The position numbers and the translations under genes are program-made. The notes beneath the pieces are model-generated. The model worked only from the letters and a program-made list of their open reading frames with translations. It was not told the origin of the DNA and searched no databases. This document shows positions 52,708 to 64,000 of a stretch of DNA of 64,000 bases, one piece after another (the first letter of the stretch is position 1; each line of letters starts with the position of its first letter). Source of the stretch: Octopus vulgaris (lineage: Eukaryota); NCBI GenBank assembly GCA_951406725.2, contig OX597816.1:39246001-39310000 (forward strand), written 5' to 3'.

Positions 52708-52879
52708 ATTGTTTCCCTCTGTACACTGATGACAATAATCAGTTTCCTTGTGAAGAAAGACATCATTAGTGTGCCGATTCCACGTGGTAACACTTTAATT
52801 TATAAGATGTCTAATTATTCAGACGTCTTTGGCAATTATACAGGATTAAAATTTTCCACATTCAAACAGAATCTTTATG
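52708..52879 (+). CDS. SLC12A9: SLC12A9-like exon 5 (IVSLCTLMTIISFLVKKDIISVPIPRGNTLIYKMSNYSDVFGNYTGLKFSTFKQNLY)
   Basis: Not in the ORF track. Acceptor tttctttggtag|, donor G|gtaagt, open frame, phase 0 to 1. The YTG...TFKQNL loop motif is typical of SLC12. Confidence 0.88.
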
Positions 52880-53074
52880 GTAAGTGACATTATTTTTTTG
52901 TATGTCATTTCATTTCTCCATTTTTACTCAAGGGCACAACACACTGGCAGTTTTCAAACTCACAACCTTACAATCATGAACCAAATAGCTTAACCACTAA
53001 ACTGCATACCATCTTTTTACTAATATTTCACATTCCATTGCTAATGAAGGCATGAAAATTAATTTCTACTTCCT

Positions 53075-53303
53075 ATTTCTATACTACTCACAAGGGGCTA
53101 AACACAGAAGGGACAAACAAGGACAGACAAACGGATTAAGACGATTATATCGACCCTAGTACGTAACTGGTACTTATTTAATCGACCCCGAAAGGATGAG
53201 AAGCAAAGTCGACCTCGACGGAATTTGAACTCAGAACGTAGCACAGACGAAATAGCGCTAAGCATTTCGCCCGGCGTGCTAGCATTTCTGCCAGTTCGCC
53301 GCC
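53075..53303 (-). mobile_element. tRNA-derived Nin/Deu-domain-like SINE (family B) with 16-bp TSD; copies at ~628-864, 4454-4670, 9389-9620, 14904-15123, 36770-37001, 49602-49832 and a cluster at 53356-54935
   Basis: Family head ggcggcgagctggcagaa..gagttcaaattcc and domain gcctttcatcctttcggggtcgataaattaagtaccag. Perfect TSD ttaatttctacttcct at 53059-53074 and 53306-53321. Confidence 0.92.
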
Positions 53304-53803
53304 TTTTAATTTCTACTTCCTTGTATATTTGATGTTTTACTATTACTTCCATAAAAGCAGCAAACTGGTGGAAAATTTAGCACACTGGGCAAAATGCTTA
53401 GCAGCATTTCGTCTGTCTTTACATTCTGGGTTCAAATTCTGCCGAGGTGGACTTTGCTTTTCTTTCTTTCGAGGTCAATAAAATAAGTACTGGTTGAGCA
53501 CTGAGGTTGATGTAATTTACTTACCCACTCCCACAAAACTGCAAACCTTGTGCCAAAATTTGAAATTATTATTATTATTATTACTATTATTATTTTATGT
53601 TTGACTTTTGCTTTACATTTGTACAAGTTGGCTCCAAGTCTCACCCAGAGACCTCAAGACACAACAAGTTGGAAGTTCATGTTGGTGTTATGCCTAGAGT
53701 GCCATATATTTGGTTTTGTACCTAGTGTTGTTCAAGAGAATGTTTAAGAAACCATAAGAAAATTATGTTTGTTTTAAAACTTGAGATTACATACAAATTA
53801 TTG

Positions 53804-53843
<40 letters not shown>

Positions 53844-54996
53844 CATTATTATTATTATTTTATTATTAAGGCAGCAAGCTGGCAGAATTGTTAGCATGTC
53901 AGGTGAAATGCTTAGCTGTATTTCGTCCATCCTTATGTCTTGAGTTCAAATTCCACTGAGGTTGACATTGCCTTTCCTCCTCTCAGAGTCAATGAATTAA
54001 GTACCAGTTGAACACTGGTGTCAATGTAAGTGATTTATCCTCTCCCCCAAATTTCAGGCCTTGTGTCTGTTAGCAGAAAGGATTATTACTTCCATAAAGG
54101 CAGCAAGCTGGCAAAATTGTTAGTATGCTGGTCAAAATACTGAGCGGCTTTACAAGTTCAAATTCTGCCATGGTCAACTTTGCTTTTCATTCATTTGGGG
54201 TCCATAAAATAAGTACCAGTTGTGCACTGGGGTCCATATTATTGACCCCTAAAAATTGCTGCCTTTGTACCAAAATAAGAAAGGATTATAATTACTACCA
54301 TAAGGCAGGTTTACACAATTGTTAGCACACTGGACAAAGTGCTTAGCAGCATTTCTTCCAAATCTTTACATTCTGAGTTCAAATTCCACCAAGGTCACTT
54401 TGCCTTTCATCTTTTCAGGTTCGATAAAATAAGTACAAGTCAAACACTGGAGGGAAAGGGCAATATAATTGACGAGAACTACAAAAATTTCAGGCCTTGT
54501 GCCTATAGTCGACAGAATTATTATTATTACCTCCAGCAGTGAGCTGGTAGAATCATTAGCACACCAAGTGAATTGCTTAGTGGCATTTCATCTGCCGCTA
54601 CATTCTGAGTTTAAATTCCACTGAGGTCGACTTTGCCTTTCATCCTTTCGGGGTCGATTAAATAAGTACCTGTTATGCACTGGTGTTGATGATATAATCG
54701 ACTTAATCCCTTTGTCTGTCCTTGTTTGTCCCTTCTGTGTTTAGTCCCTTGTAGGTAGCAAAGAAATAGGCATTTCATCTGTCTTTACTTTCTGAGTTCA
54801 AATTCCACTGAGGTCGACTTTGCCTTTCATCTTTTCGGGGTTGATAAAATAAGTACCAGTTGAGTACTAAGGTCAATACAATCGACTTAACTATCCCTAC
54901 CAAAACTGCTGGCCTTGAGCCAAAATTTGAAATCATTATTAGCTTCATATTGGAAACAATTTTAATTAAAAGCAATGCCATGATGGTCTTTTACAG

Positions 54997-55104
54997 AGAA
55001 TTATACAACAGATTACAGTACGGATTCCACAATGACTTTTGGAATTGTGTTCTCCATTTTGTTCAGCAGCATAACAGGGATTATGAATGGAGCTAATATG
55101 TCAG
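54997..55104 (+). CDS. SLC12A9: SLC12A9-like exon 6 ([36 protein letters not shown])
   Basis: Acceptor ttttacag|, donor TCAG|gtaagt, 108 nt, phase 1 to 1. TM6 motif TGIMxGANMSG. Confidence 0.92.
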
Positions 55105-55683
55105 GTAAGTAAAAGAGTTTTTATTCGATTTTTGTCTTTACCATCTCCCCATCCCTCTCCACTTCTCATCTCTTCTCTCTCTTTTTCCAACTAGGATAGC
55201 TATGTATCTTTACTGCAAAACACTTGTTTTTGTCCCTCTGTCGTACTCTAGCCTCTTCCTCACCTGACACAAAATGTCACCATCCTCAATACTATCTCCT
55301 CTCCTCAGTCAAGGGGGATTTTGTCTTTCAAGTGACTTGGTGACTTCACTGGAGCTGGTGCCATGTAAAAAGCACCCGGTACACTCTGTAATGGGGTTGA
55401 CGTTAGGAAGGATATCCAGCCACAGAAACTATGCCAAAGCAGACAGTAAAGTTTGGTGGCGTCATCTAACTTGCTAGTTTCTGTCAAACTGTCCAGACTA
55501 TGCCAGCATGGAAAACAGACATTAAATGATGATGATAGTGATGGTGATATCTTCATAGACCATCATGTGAACTACTTGGCTGATAGATTTAATCAATCAT
55601 CCTGTTTAACAGAACCTCCTGAGTGTCTTTAGCATTTTGTTGTAGACATCATCATCATCATTATCATCATCTTCATTTAATGT

Positions 55684-56700
55684 CCTGGATTTTAAATCCA
55701 CACTGAACAATATAAACCCCAACATCCAATTTACAACAGAATATAGCAAGGAACAGCTCCCATTTCTGGACATTTCAATTTTAAAACAGTCCAACAACCA
55801 AATTACAACCGACATTTACTATAAACCATCAGACTCAAAACAGTATCTCCTTTTCAGTTCATGCCATCCTAAACACACCAAAATAAATATCCCATCCAAT
55901 CTAGCAAAAATGATCTGTACAATTGTAGCTGAGATAACCACTCAGGAACTTCACCTACAAGAACTCAAAATAACACTCATTGAACATCAATACCCACCTA
56001 CACTTATAGAACATGGAATTAAACGTGCCAAGAAATTAGACACAAACACACTAAGGACAACAAAACAAAACACCACACCTCACCTTAAATCACTCCCATA
56101 CATATCAAACCACAACCCCAGAAACACTGAAGCATACAACACGATTATACAAAATCTCCCTCTTCTCACTCAAGACCCGAAAATGAACAGCATCCTAAAT
56201 ACACACAAACTACTAAAATGCAAAATACAAGACAAATCACTCAAGAAACTCCTAACAAATGCAAAACTATACTCAATACAAACGATACCAACAGTTAAAA
56301 ATTGCAGACAGCATAATTGAGGTACATGTCCACACCTAACTGAAGGCTTGGAGTTCACATTCCAGCAAGGACAAAAATTCTCAAATAAGACCAACTTCAC
56401 ATGTGCTTCCCAGAACCTTATCTATGTCCTAACCTGCTCGGGTTGTGGTCACAATTATGTGGGCCAAACAAGCCTTACTTTGAGATGCAGAATCACGCTG
56501 CATAAAGAACAGATTCATTTCTCTCAATACAGGTAGATAACACTGAGCGGATATATCGACAGATGCGCTAGTAATAAAACATAAAGATTTTCATATCTCC
56601 CCATTATACAAATGCAAAGATTCAATCTCAGTACAAGAATGCCTAAACAAGGAAAACTTGTTCATACAAAAGTACAGACAACACTTCAATATACAAATTT
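55684..56700 (+). mobile_element. Penelope-like retroelement, 5'-truncated (RT thumb plus GIY-YIG endonuclease)
   Basis: LNNINPNIQFTTE..LPFLDI...TTDIYYKP.DS.QYL.F.SCHP, then NFTCASQNLIYVLTCSGCGHNYVGQTS..LRCRI..H (GIY-YIG). Contains stops. Confidence 0.9.
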
Positions 56701-57723
56701 GACCATTTTAAAAATTATACTAAAGGATCAGTTGTCCCCCTTACCACTTGTTGCTTCCCTTAGTTCACTCTCTAGACTCATTCTTCTTATTCTTCAAACA
56801 TCCAAAATGACAAAACCGCTCTGCCATTAGAACTGATTACTGTACAATGTCCTTGAGCAAGACACTTTATTTTGCATTGCTGCGGTCCAGTTAGCTGGCA
56901 AAAATGTGTGGTACCTGTATTTCAAAGGACCAGCTTTGTCATACTCTGTATCACACTGAATCTCCCTGAGAACTACATTAAGGGTATGTGTGTCTGTGGA
57001 ATGCTCAGCCACATGCACGTTAATTTCATGTAGACTGTTTTGTTGATCGGATAAATTGGAATTGGAATCCTCATTGCCATAACCAATGGAGTGCCAATTG
57101 TCCATGCTAGTGGCACGTAAAGAGCACCATCCGATCGTGGCTGTTGCCAGCCCCGTCTGGCCTCCGTGCCAGTGGCACATAAAAAGCACCATCTGATCGT
57201 GGCCATTGCAAGCCTCGTCTGGCACGTAAAAAGCACCCACTACACTCACGGAGTGGTTGGCGTTAGGAAGGACATCCAGCTGTAGAAACACTGCCAGATC
57301 AGACTGGAGTCTAGTGCAGCCTTCTGGCTTCCCAGACCCCCAGTTGAACCGTCCAACCCATGCTAGCATTAAAAGCGGACGTTAAACGATTATGATGACA
57401 TATACATCATCATCATCATCATTATCATCATTTAACGTCCGCTTTCCATGCTAGCATGGGTTGGACAATTTGACTGAGGACTGGCAAACCAGATGGCTGC
57501 ACCAGGCTCCAATCTGATCTGGCAGAGTTTCTACAGCTGAATGCCCTTCCTAATGCCAACCACTCCGAGAGTGTAGTGGGTGCTTTTACATGCCACCAGC
57601 ACGAGGGCTAGTCAGGCACTACTGGCAACGGCCACGCTCAAATGGTATTTTTTACATGCCACCTGCACAGGAGCCAGACCAGCGGCAATGGCAACAACCT
57701 CGCTCGAATGCTTTTTCACGTGC

Positions 57724-57792
<69 letters not shown>

Positions 57793-60700
57793 GACAGGCT
57801 TCTTTCAGTTTCTCTCACTCTCAACTAAATCCACTGATAAGGCTTTGGTCAGCCAGGGGCTGTAGTAGAAGACGGCTGCCCGAAGTGTCATGTAGTAGGA
57901 CTGAAGCCTGGATCATATGGTTGGAGAGCAAGCTTCTTAATGATACATCTTGTTGTTGTTGTTTAGCCCTCAGATAGTTGTGACAGTAGACCTATAATCA
58001 AAGTAATTGTAGCCATGACCATCCCGTTTTTTACTGACATGGTTTCTCTCAGACTACAGGTTATCCAATATACTCTTTTACTTGTTTCAGTCATTTGACT
58101 GCGGCCATGCTGGAGCACCGCCTTTAGTCGAGCAAATCGCCCCCGGGACTTAATCTTTGTAAGCCCAGTACTTATTCTATTGGTCTCTTTTGCCAAACCG
58201 CTAAGTGACGGGGACGTAAACACACCAGCATCGGTTGTCAAGCAATGCTAGGGGGACAAACACAAACACATAAATACACACACACATACATATATACATA
58301 TATACGACAGGCTTCTTTCAGTTTCCGTCTACCAAATCCACTCACAAGGCATTGGTCGGCCCGGGGCTATAGCAGAAGACACTTGCCCAAAATGCCACGC
58401 AGTGGGACTGAACCCGGAACCATTTGGTTGGTAAGCAAGCTACTTACCACACAGCCACTCCTGCGGTTCTTTTTCTTAAAACCGTAGGGTGTGTTTTGAG
58501 AGATTTGGCTTATAATTCTAATAATTTGATTTATGATTTAAATGGCTGGATCGAATTTTGTATTAGATACTCGTATGGGTCTTTAACTTCTAGGAAAATT
58601 AAATAGCAAACTATAAAAAAAAAAATCGTCATTGCACATTTACTTCCCTTTGTACGATATTGCAGTACTAAGGGAGGTAAATCTGTAACGTTGGCTTCAG
58701 AAGTCATTACGTTAATGTGTACGTATTAAGGAAAGGTAATTCACTTTGCAAACAATTGCTTAGATAGTGTTTGTCACAAATGGGTTGTAAAGGAAAGCAT
58801 CTGGTTTTGTCCATCATCCTTTAAATCTTAAGTGTTGCAGATTTTTATAGTCCCAAATATCGTGATCATTTGAAGTGTATGAATTAAGGATTTGCATTCT
58901 CTCCCCAAGACCCCAAGTTTACTCATGCTTCAGACAGGAATGTATCCCATTACTCCAATAATAATGGGTATGAAGCTGAAAGTTTATCCCTGGATACAGA
59001 CTTTGCAAGCTTCTTATCAGTGGTCCATAGATGTCTCCTTTCTCTTCTAACCACATTGGTGTCTAGAGGACAGCTGATTTCCACAACAAAATATATCTTT
59101 TTCTTATGGCCCCTCACAACAATATTTGACTGGTTGACTGGTGGCTGTTTTAATGTTTAAGTTCCACCAACTCTTTTTACCCATCAGTTTCAACGTAGTT
59201 GATTTCGTCCAAAAAGTGTTTTCTTTTTTGTTATCCTATTCCAGGCTGTTCTGACCACCGTGTCGTTTTTTTTTTTTTTTTTTTTTTTTATGCACCCTTT
59301 TCAAGCCTAGCCAGGCTCATGGACCCGGTTTCTGTGGCGTCTGTGTTCCCCACCAGTCCATCGCAGCGTTACTCAAGAAACAGGAAGAAAGAGTGAGAAA
59401 AGGTTGGGGCGAAAGAGTACAACAGGGGTCGCCACCACCCCCTGCCGGAGCGTCGTGGAGCTTTTTACGTGTTTTCGCTCAATAAACACACACAACGCCC
59501 AGTCTGGGAATCGAAACCGCGATCTTCCGACCACGAGTCCGCTGCCCTAACCACTGGGCCATTGTGCCTCCCCACCGCGTCGTATCTGGAAGATATTTTC
59601 TCACGGCTGGCAAGAACGTGGTCGATGTCTTCAATCTTGGTCTTGCACAGCCTATATGCGTGCGTGTGTGTGGGCGTGCGCGTGCGTACGTATTTATATT
59701 AGCTAGCAGAATCATGAAAGTATCCGAGGAAATGTCTTGAAGGATTTATTCTAGCATCTTGCACTCTCTAAGTTCAATTCTAGTTAAGTCAGCTTGGGAG
59801 ATGCACTGCCAGAAACATTAGAGAGATGAATGGCTGCTATACAAGATATGTTACAGCTCTTTGCTTTCTGAGTTCAAATTCCACCATGGCCTAACTTAAA
59901 TAGGCGCGATTTAATCAAGACTCCACTCTGTTGCAAGCATTCCAGTTTTCAAATAACAATGTGGCAGCCAACCCATTCAATTTTCCACTAAGGCAGAGCA
60001 GGCATGGCTGTGTGGTAAGAAGTTACCTTCCCAGCCACATGGTTCTAGGTTCAGTTCCACTGCAAGGCACCTTGGGTAAGAATCTTCTATTATAGTCTCG
60101 TGTCAGCCAGAGCATTATAAGTGAATTTGGTCGATTGAAGCTGAAAGAAACCTATCGAATGTATGTAGGTACACAGCTGTAATTAATACCGTTTCTGGAA
60201 GCAACGCTAAGGAAGACAGGCTTTGTGAAATAAATTATTTCCCTTCAATACACACAAATGCGCACACAGCTCGAAATAATGTGCAACCAAGGGAAATAAA
60301 TTAGTAATGTTTTTAACTATAGATGACAAAAACAATTTCGATTCACTTTTTAAAAAATATTTTTCACTTAAAAATTAATAAAATTGAAATGTTGCCTTAA
60401 ATTCAAATTGAACCAAACAACTTGAAAGCTGAAACTAGAATTTGAAAATACATTTTTATTTATTCAGGTCAATTATCGGTTGTGTATTCTAGGCTATGAA
60501 TACTATATATAGATTAATGTGGTGGCAAAGTAGGTAATAAAAGGAAGAATGATTTAGTGATTCTGTGTGAAATAATCTGGAAATTGATTGATAGTTGTTG
60601 TAGCACCTATCTGATGTTGTCCATAACAATGGCAACAACAAGTTCAAATAAACAATTTTGAGGCATATCAAGTGTTTTTAAACCAAGTGCAGTGAACGTC

Positions 60701-60974
60701 TGTCTTTTCTTGGACCATAATGAACTTTTTACCGTGTGTGGTACAGTATGTCAATCAGTGTATGTCATATCCACCTTGCTACAGTAGGTCCATCATAGAT
60801 TATAGCAATCCTGTCTGAGTCACTAATCTCACAACTACAAACTATTAAAAGCATCAAATAATGCACTTTACATCATCAAAACCTGCACAGATTACCTACA
60901 TATGGAAACAAAAGTACTTAAAATTAGTGACCTTCCAGATATGCAAGGTGTATGTTTTGTTATACACTAAATCC

Positions 60975-61382
60975 TGCGATCAACATCAATGGAAATCGTA
61001 GCTGTGATACCAGTGCCGATGGCACATAAGAGAACCATCCAAACGTGGCCATTGCCAGTGCCGCCCCGACTGCCTCCGTGCCAGTGGCATGTAAAAAGCA
61101 CCATCCGATCGTGGCCGTTGCCAGCCTCGCCTGGCCTCCGTGCCGGTGGCACGTAAATAGCACCATCCGATCGTGGCCGTTTGCCAGTCTCGTCTGGCAC
61201 GTAAAATGCACCCACTACACTCACAGAGTGGTTGGCGTTAGGAGGGGCATCCAGCCGTAGAAACATTGCCAGATCAGACTGGGCCTGGTGCAGCCTTCTG
61301 ACTTCCCAGGCCCCAGTTGAACTGTCCAACCCATGCTAGCATGGAAAGCGGATGCTAAACGATGATGATGATGATGATGATG
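60975..61382 (+). mobile_element. SINE-like family E ending in (GAT)n, with internal ~60-bp tandem subrepeats; copies at ~32408-32567, 40918-41180, 44545-44735, 57105-57398, 57406-57725
   Basis: Shared ggcgttaggaagggcatccagctgtagaaac...ccaacccatgctagcatgg...gttaaacgatgatgat. Subunit tggcacgtaaaaagcaccatccgatcgtggcc occurs x3-4. Confidence 0.85.
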
Positions 61383-62231
61383 TATCTACTGTAGACATTT
61401 TGTTGTGTGGTTTGTTATTCATGTAAGGAATATCAACTTCAAAAACTAAGACCCACAGTCAGAGAGAGATTTATAGTCAGACTGTTTTAGCCCATGAAGC
61501 TACAGCTAAGCAGCATCCTTTAAAAATCATTTGGAACTAAGAGAGATGGTCGTTTTAATCTTAATATCTTTATTTCATTGTTCAGACAATTTATGGCTGT
61601 AAGATATGTAGGTTGATTTAGTTGGAAATGTGGACTTAGTAGTAAATTTATACATAATGTGTCTAGTTGAATGAGATTTTGTAAGGTGTACTTATCACCT
61701 TCCACTCTTGATATACAGATAAGTTGTAACATAACAGAGGTTATGGAAACTAATGTGGAAGCTTTAAGTAATCACTCAACTTGCTGAGTGTAGCTACCAA
61801 AATCACTGAATTCATTCAAAAATTACTTCCTTCCTTCATCAAAATGTAAAGCACAAGTTTATAGACTGGGACACTCACATTAGATTTGGTGGTTAATGTG
61901 AAGTTCCAGGGCCAAATCTTATGACCAGGAAAAAGAAGGAAGGAAGCAATCATTATCATCATCACTAACACCAGTTTTTGTAAACTCTAGCATGGGTTGG
62001 ACGATTTGACTGAGGACTTGCGAACCAGATGGCTGCACCAGGCTCCAATCTTGATCTGGCAGAGTTTTCTACAGCTGGATGCCCTTCCTAACGCCAACCA
62101 CTCTGAGAGTGTAATGGGTGCTTATTTCTTGGTATTTGTCTGAGCTTTTTTTATGTCATGGGTAACATCTTGCATGATTCCTGCACTTCTCCTTTGATGA
62201 TGTTTTAATATATTTTCTCTTACTTTTCCAG

Positions 62232-62343
62232 GTGAATTGAAGGATCCGAGCCGGTCTATTCCAAATGGGACATTAGCAGCCATGGCATACACCTTTATAA
62301 CATACATCATACTTTCTTTTCTTATTGCTGCATCTTGTGACAG
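62232..62343 (+). CDS. SLC12A9: SLC12A9-like exon 7 ([38 protein letters not shown])
   Basis: Acceptor cttttccag|, donor AG|gtttgt. SLC12 motif [14 protein letters not shown]. Phase 1 to 2. Confidence 0.94.
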
Positions 62344-62863
62344 GTTTGTGTGTTTCATCTCTTACTGGGTGACATAGTTGTGCATCTCTTACTACAGCAG
62401 AGTTACAAAACATTTGCATGTCTTGCTGTAACAGTTACCTGTTCGTATGAATATAATGTGTGTGTGTGCGCGCACGTGTGTGTAGATAGACAGGGAGGAA
62501 AACATTACCTCCCTTGGAAACAGGTGAGGGTTGGCATCAGGAAGGGCATCCAGCTGTAGAGAACCTGCCACTCTGATAGTGCTGCACATATGTATATACA
62601 TTTTTGTAGGTGCAGGCATAGCTGTGTGGGTAAGAAATTTGCTTCCCAACCACATGATTTCGGGTTTAGTCCCACTGTACGGCACCTTAGGCAAGTGTCT
62701 TCTAGGCCAACCAAAGCCTTGTAAATGGATTTATATATACACTCACTATTTATGAAAAAAATTCTTTACTAGTTTATATTATCATTACTGTGTGATGAAT
62801 AGTAATATGAAACTCTGAGTAACAGTTTGTGAAGTATTTTGGCTTTAATAAAATAGTGTGTAT

Positions 62864-62896
<33 letters not shown>

Positions 62897-63455
62897 GGCG
62901 CATGGCTCAGTGGTTAGAGTATCGAGCTTGTGAGTTCGAATCCCGGACCAGGCTGCATGTTGTGTTCTTGAGCAAGACACTTTATTTCATGTTTCTCCAG
63001 TTCACTCAGCTGTAGAAATGAGTTACGACGTCACAGGTGCCAAGCTGTATCTGCTGTTGCCTTTCTCTTGGATAACATCGGTGGTGTGGAGGGGGGAGGC
63101 CGGTATGCATGGGCGACTGCTGGTCTTCCACAAACAACCTTGCCCAGACTTGTGCCTGGGAGGGTAACTTTCTAGGTGCAATCCCACGGTCAGTCATGAC
63201 CGAAGGGGGTCTCAATACACACACACACACACACAGTGCTGGTTCCACATAAAAAGCAAGCACCCATTACACTCTGTGGAGTGGTTGGCATTAGAAAGAG
63301 CATCCAGCTGTAGAGACCATGTCAGAGCAGAAAATGGAGTTTGGTACAATCCCTGACCTTACCAGCTTTGTTCATCCTGTCCAACCCATGCCAGCATGGA
63401 AAATGGACATTAAATGATGATGATGATTATGACATACATCTTGTTTTATATCAAA

Positions 63456-63764
63456 CTAGCAGTATCGCCCTGCGTTGCTCGGGTTTGTAAGGGAAATAAC
63501 TATATAAGCATTTTTATAGAGTTACTTCCCTTATATAAACCGAGCAAAAAATGCATTAAAAATGTGGAAAAATGATGGTAATTTTTTTTTTAAATCATAG
63601 ACTCATTGTAGACGCGCGCTAATACCCAGAAGGGCTTGATATGAATCACGACTATAAGATACCCGCTTTTGGTTAAACTGCACCGCAAAATGTGGGAGTA
63701 GTTAGGAATCCAAATCAGAGTAGACAGACACTCACACACACAGTTTCAGTTTTATATATAAAGA
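63456..63764 (-). mobile_element. Non-autonomous Helitron, same family as 33977-34375
   Basis: Reverse complement begins a|TCtttatatataaaa and ends cccgagcaacgcagggcgatactgCTAG|t. Confidence 0.85.
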
Positions 63765-63894
63765 TGTAGAAAAAAAGAATGCTTAATATGTGTTATAGAG
63801 GATTTGAGCATGTTTTTTTTTTATTGAAGCTGTGACTCAAAGAGTCTTGTGATTCAAGTTTCATGCCAGTGCATTTATTTATCTGTCTTTCCAG

Positions 63895-64000
63895 ATTCCT
63901 GCTTGTGAATGACTATGTGTTCCTTCAAGATATAAACATATGGAAGCCATTTGTTGTGGTAGGAATATTTGCCGTAACATTTTCATCAGCACTTGGAAAT
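63895..64000 (+). CDS. SLC12A9: SLC12A9-like exon 8, truncated by the window end (R-FLLVNDYVFLQDINIWKPFVVVGIFAVTFSSALGN)
   Basis: Acceptor tctttccag|A completes an AGA codon. TM8 motif GIFA.TFSSAL. Confidence 0.9.

Noticed and set aside
61015-61215. CRISPR-like repeat/spacer appearance (also at 48698-48812 and 57105-57240)
   Set aside because: The 'spacers' are homologous to each other, so these are tandem subrepeats. The context is eukaryotic and there are no cas genes.

Overview
Eukaryotic (animal) genomic DNA that is AT-rich and saturated with microsatellites and interspersed repeats. The repeat families suggest an octopus-type cephalopod; this is inference from recognition, not a database result. 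The only host gene I can support is an SLC12A9-like cation-chloride cotransporter on the + strand. It starts at ATG 22742 and has 8 phase-consistent coding exons, the last running off the window at 64000. Its second intron (46100-50298) is a clear minor-spliceosome (U12) GT-AG intron. The rest is transposon debris: several tRNA-derived SINE families, RTE-, R4/Dong- and Penelope-type retroelement fragments, mariner/Tc1/pogo fossils, MITEs and non-autonomous Helitrons. The most notable features are the U12 intron, degenerate minimal hammerhead-ribozyme motifs in short Penelope-type elements, a PHD finger inside a LINE RT, sorting motifs and a TM6 substitution in the transporter, an overlapping uORF, and adjacent inverted repeats that should form intronic dsRNA. 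I see no prokaryote-type system such as CRISPR or an operon, and I cannot claim a wholly new system. Most ORFs in the supplied track are microsatellite or SINE artefacts. Repeat boundaries are approximate unless TIRs or TSDs are quoted.
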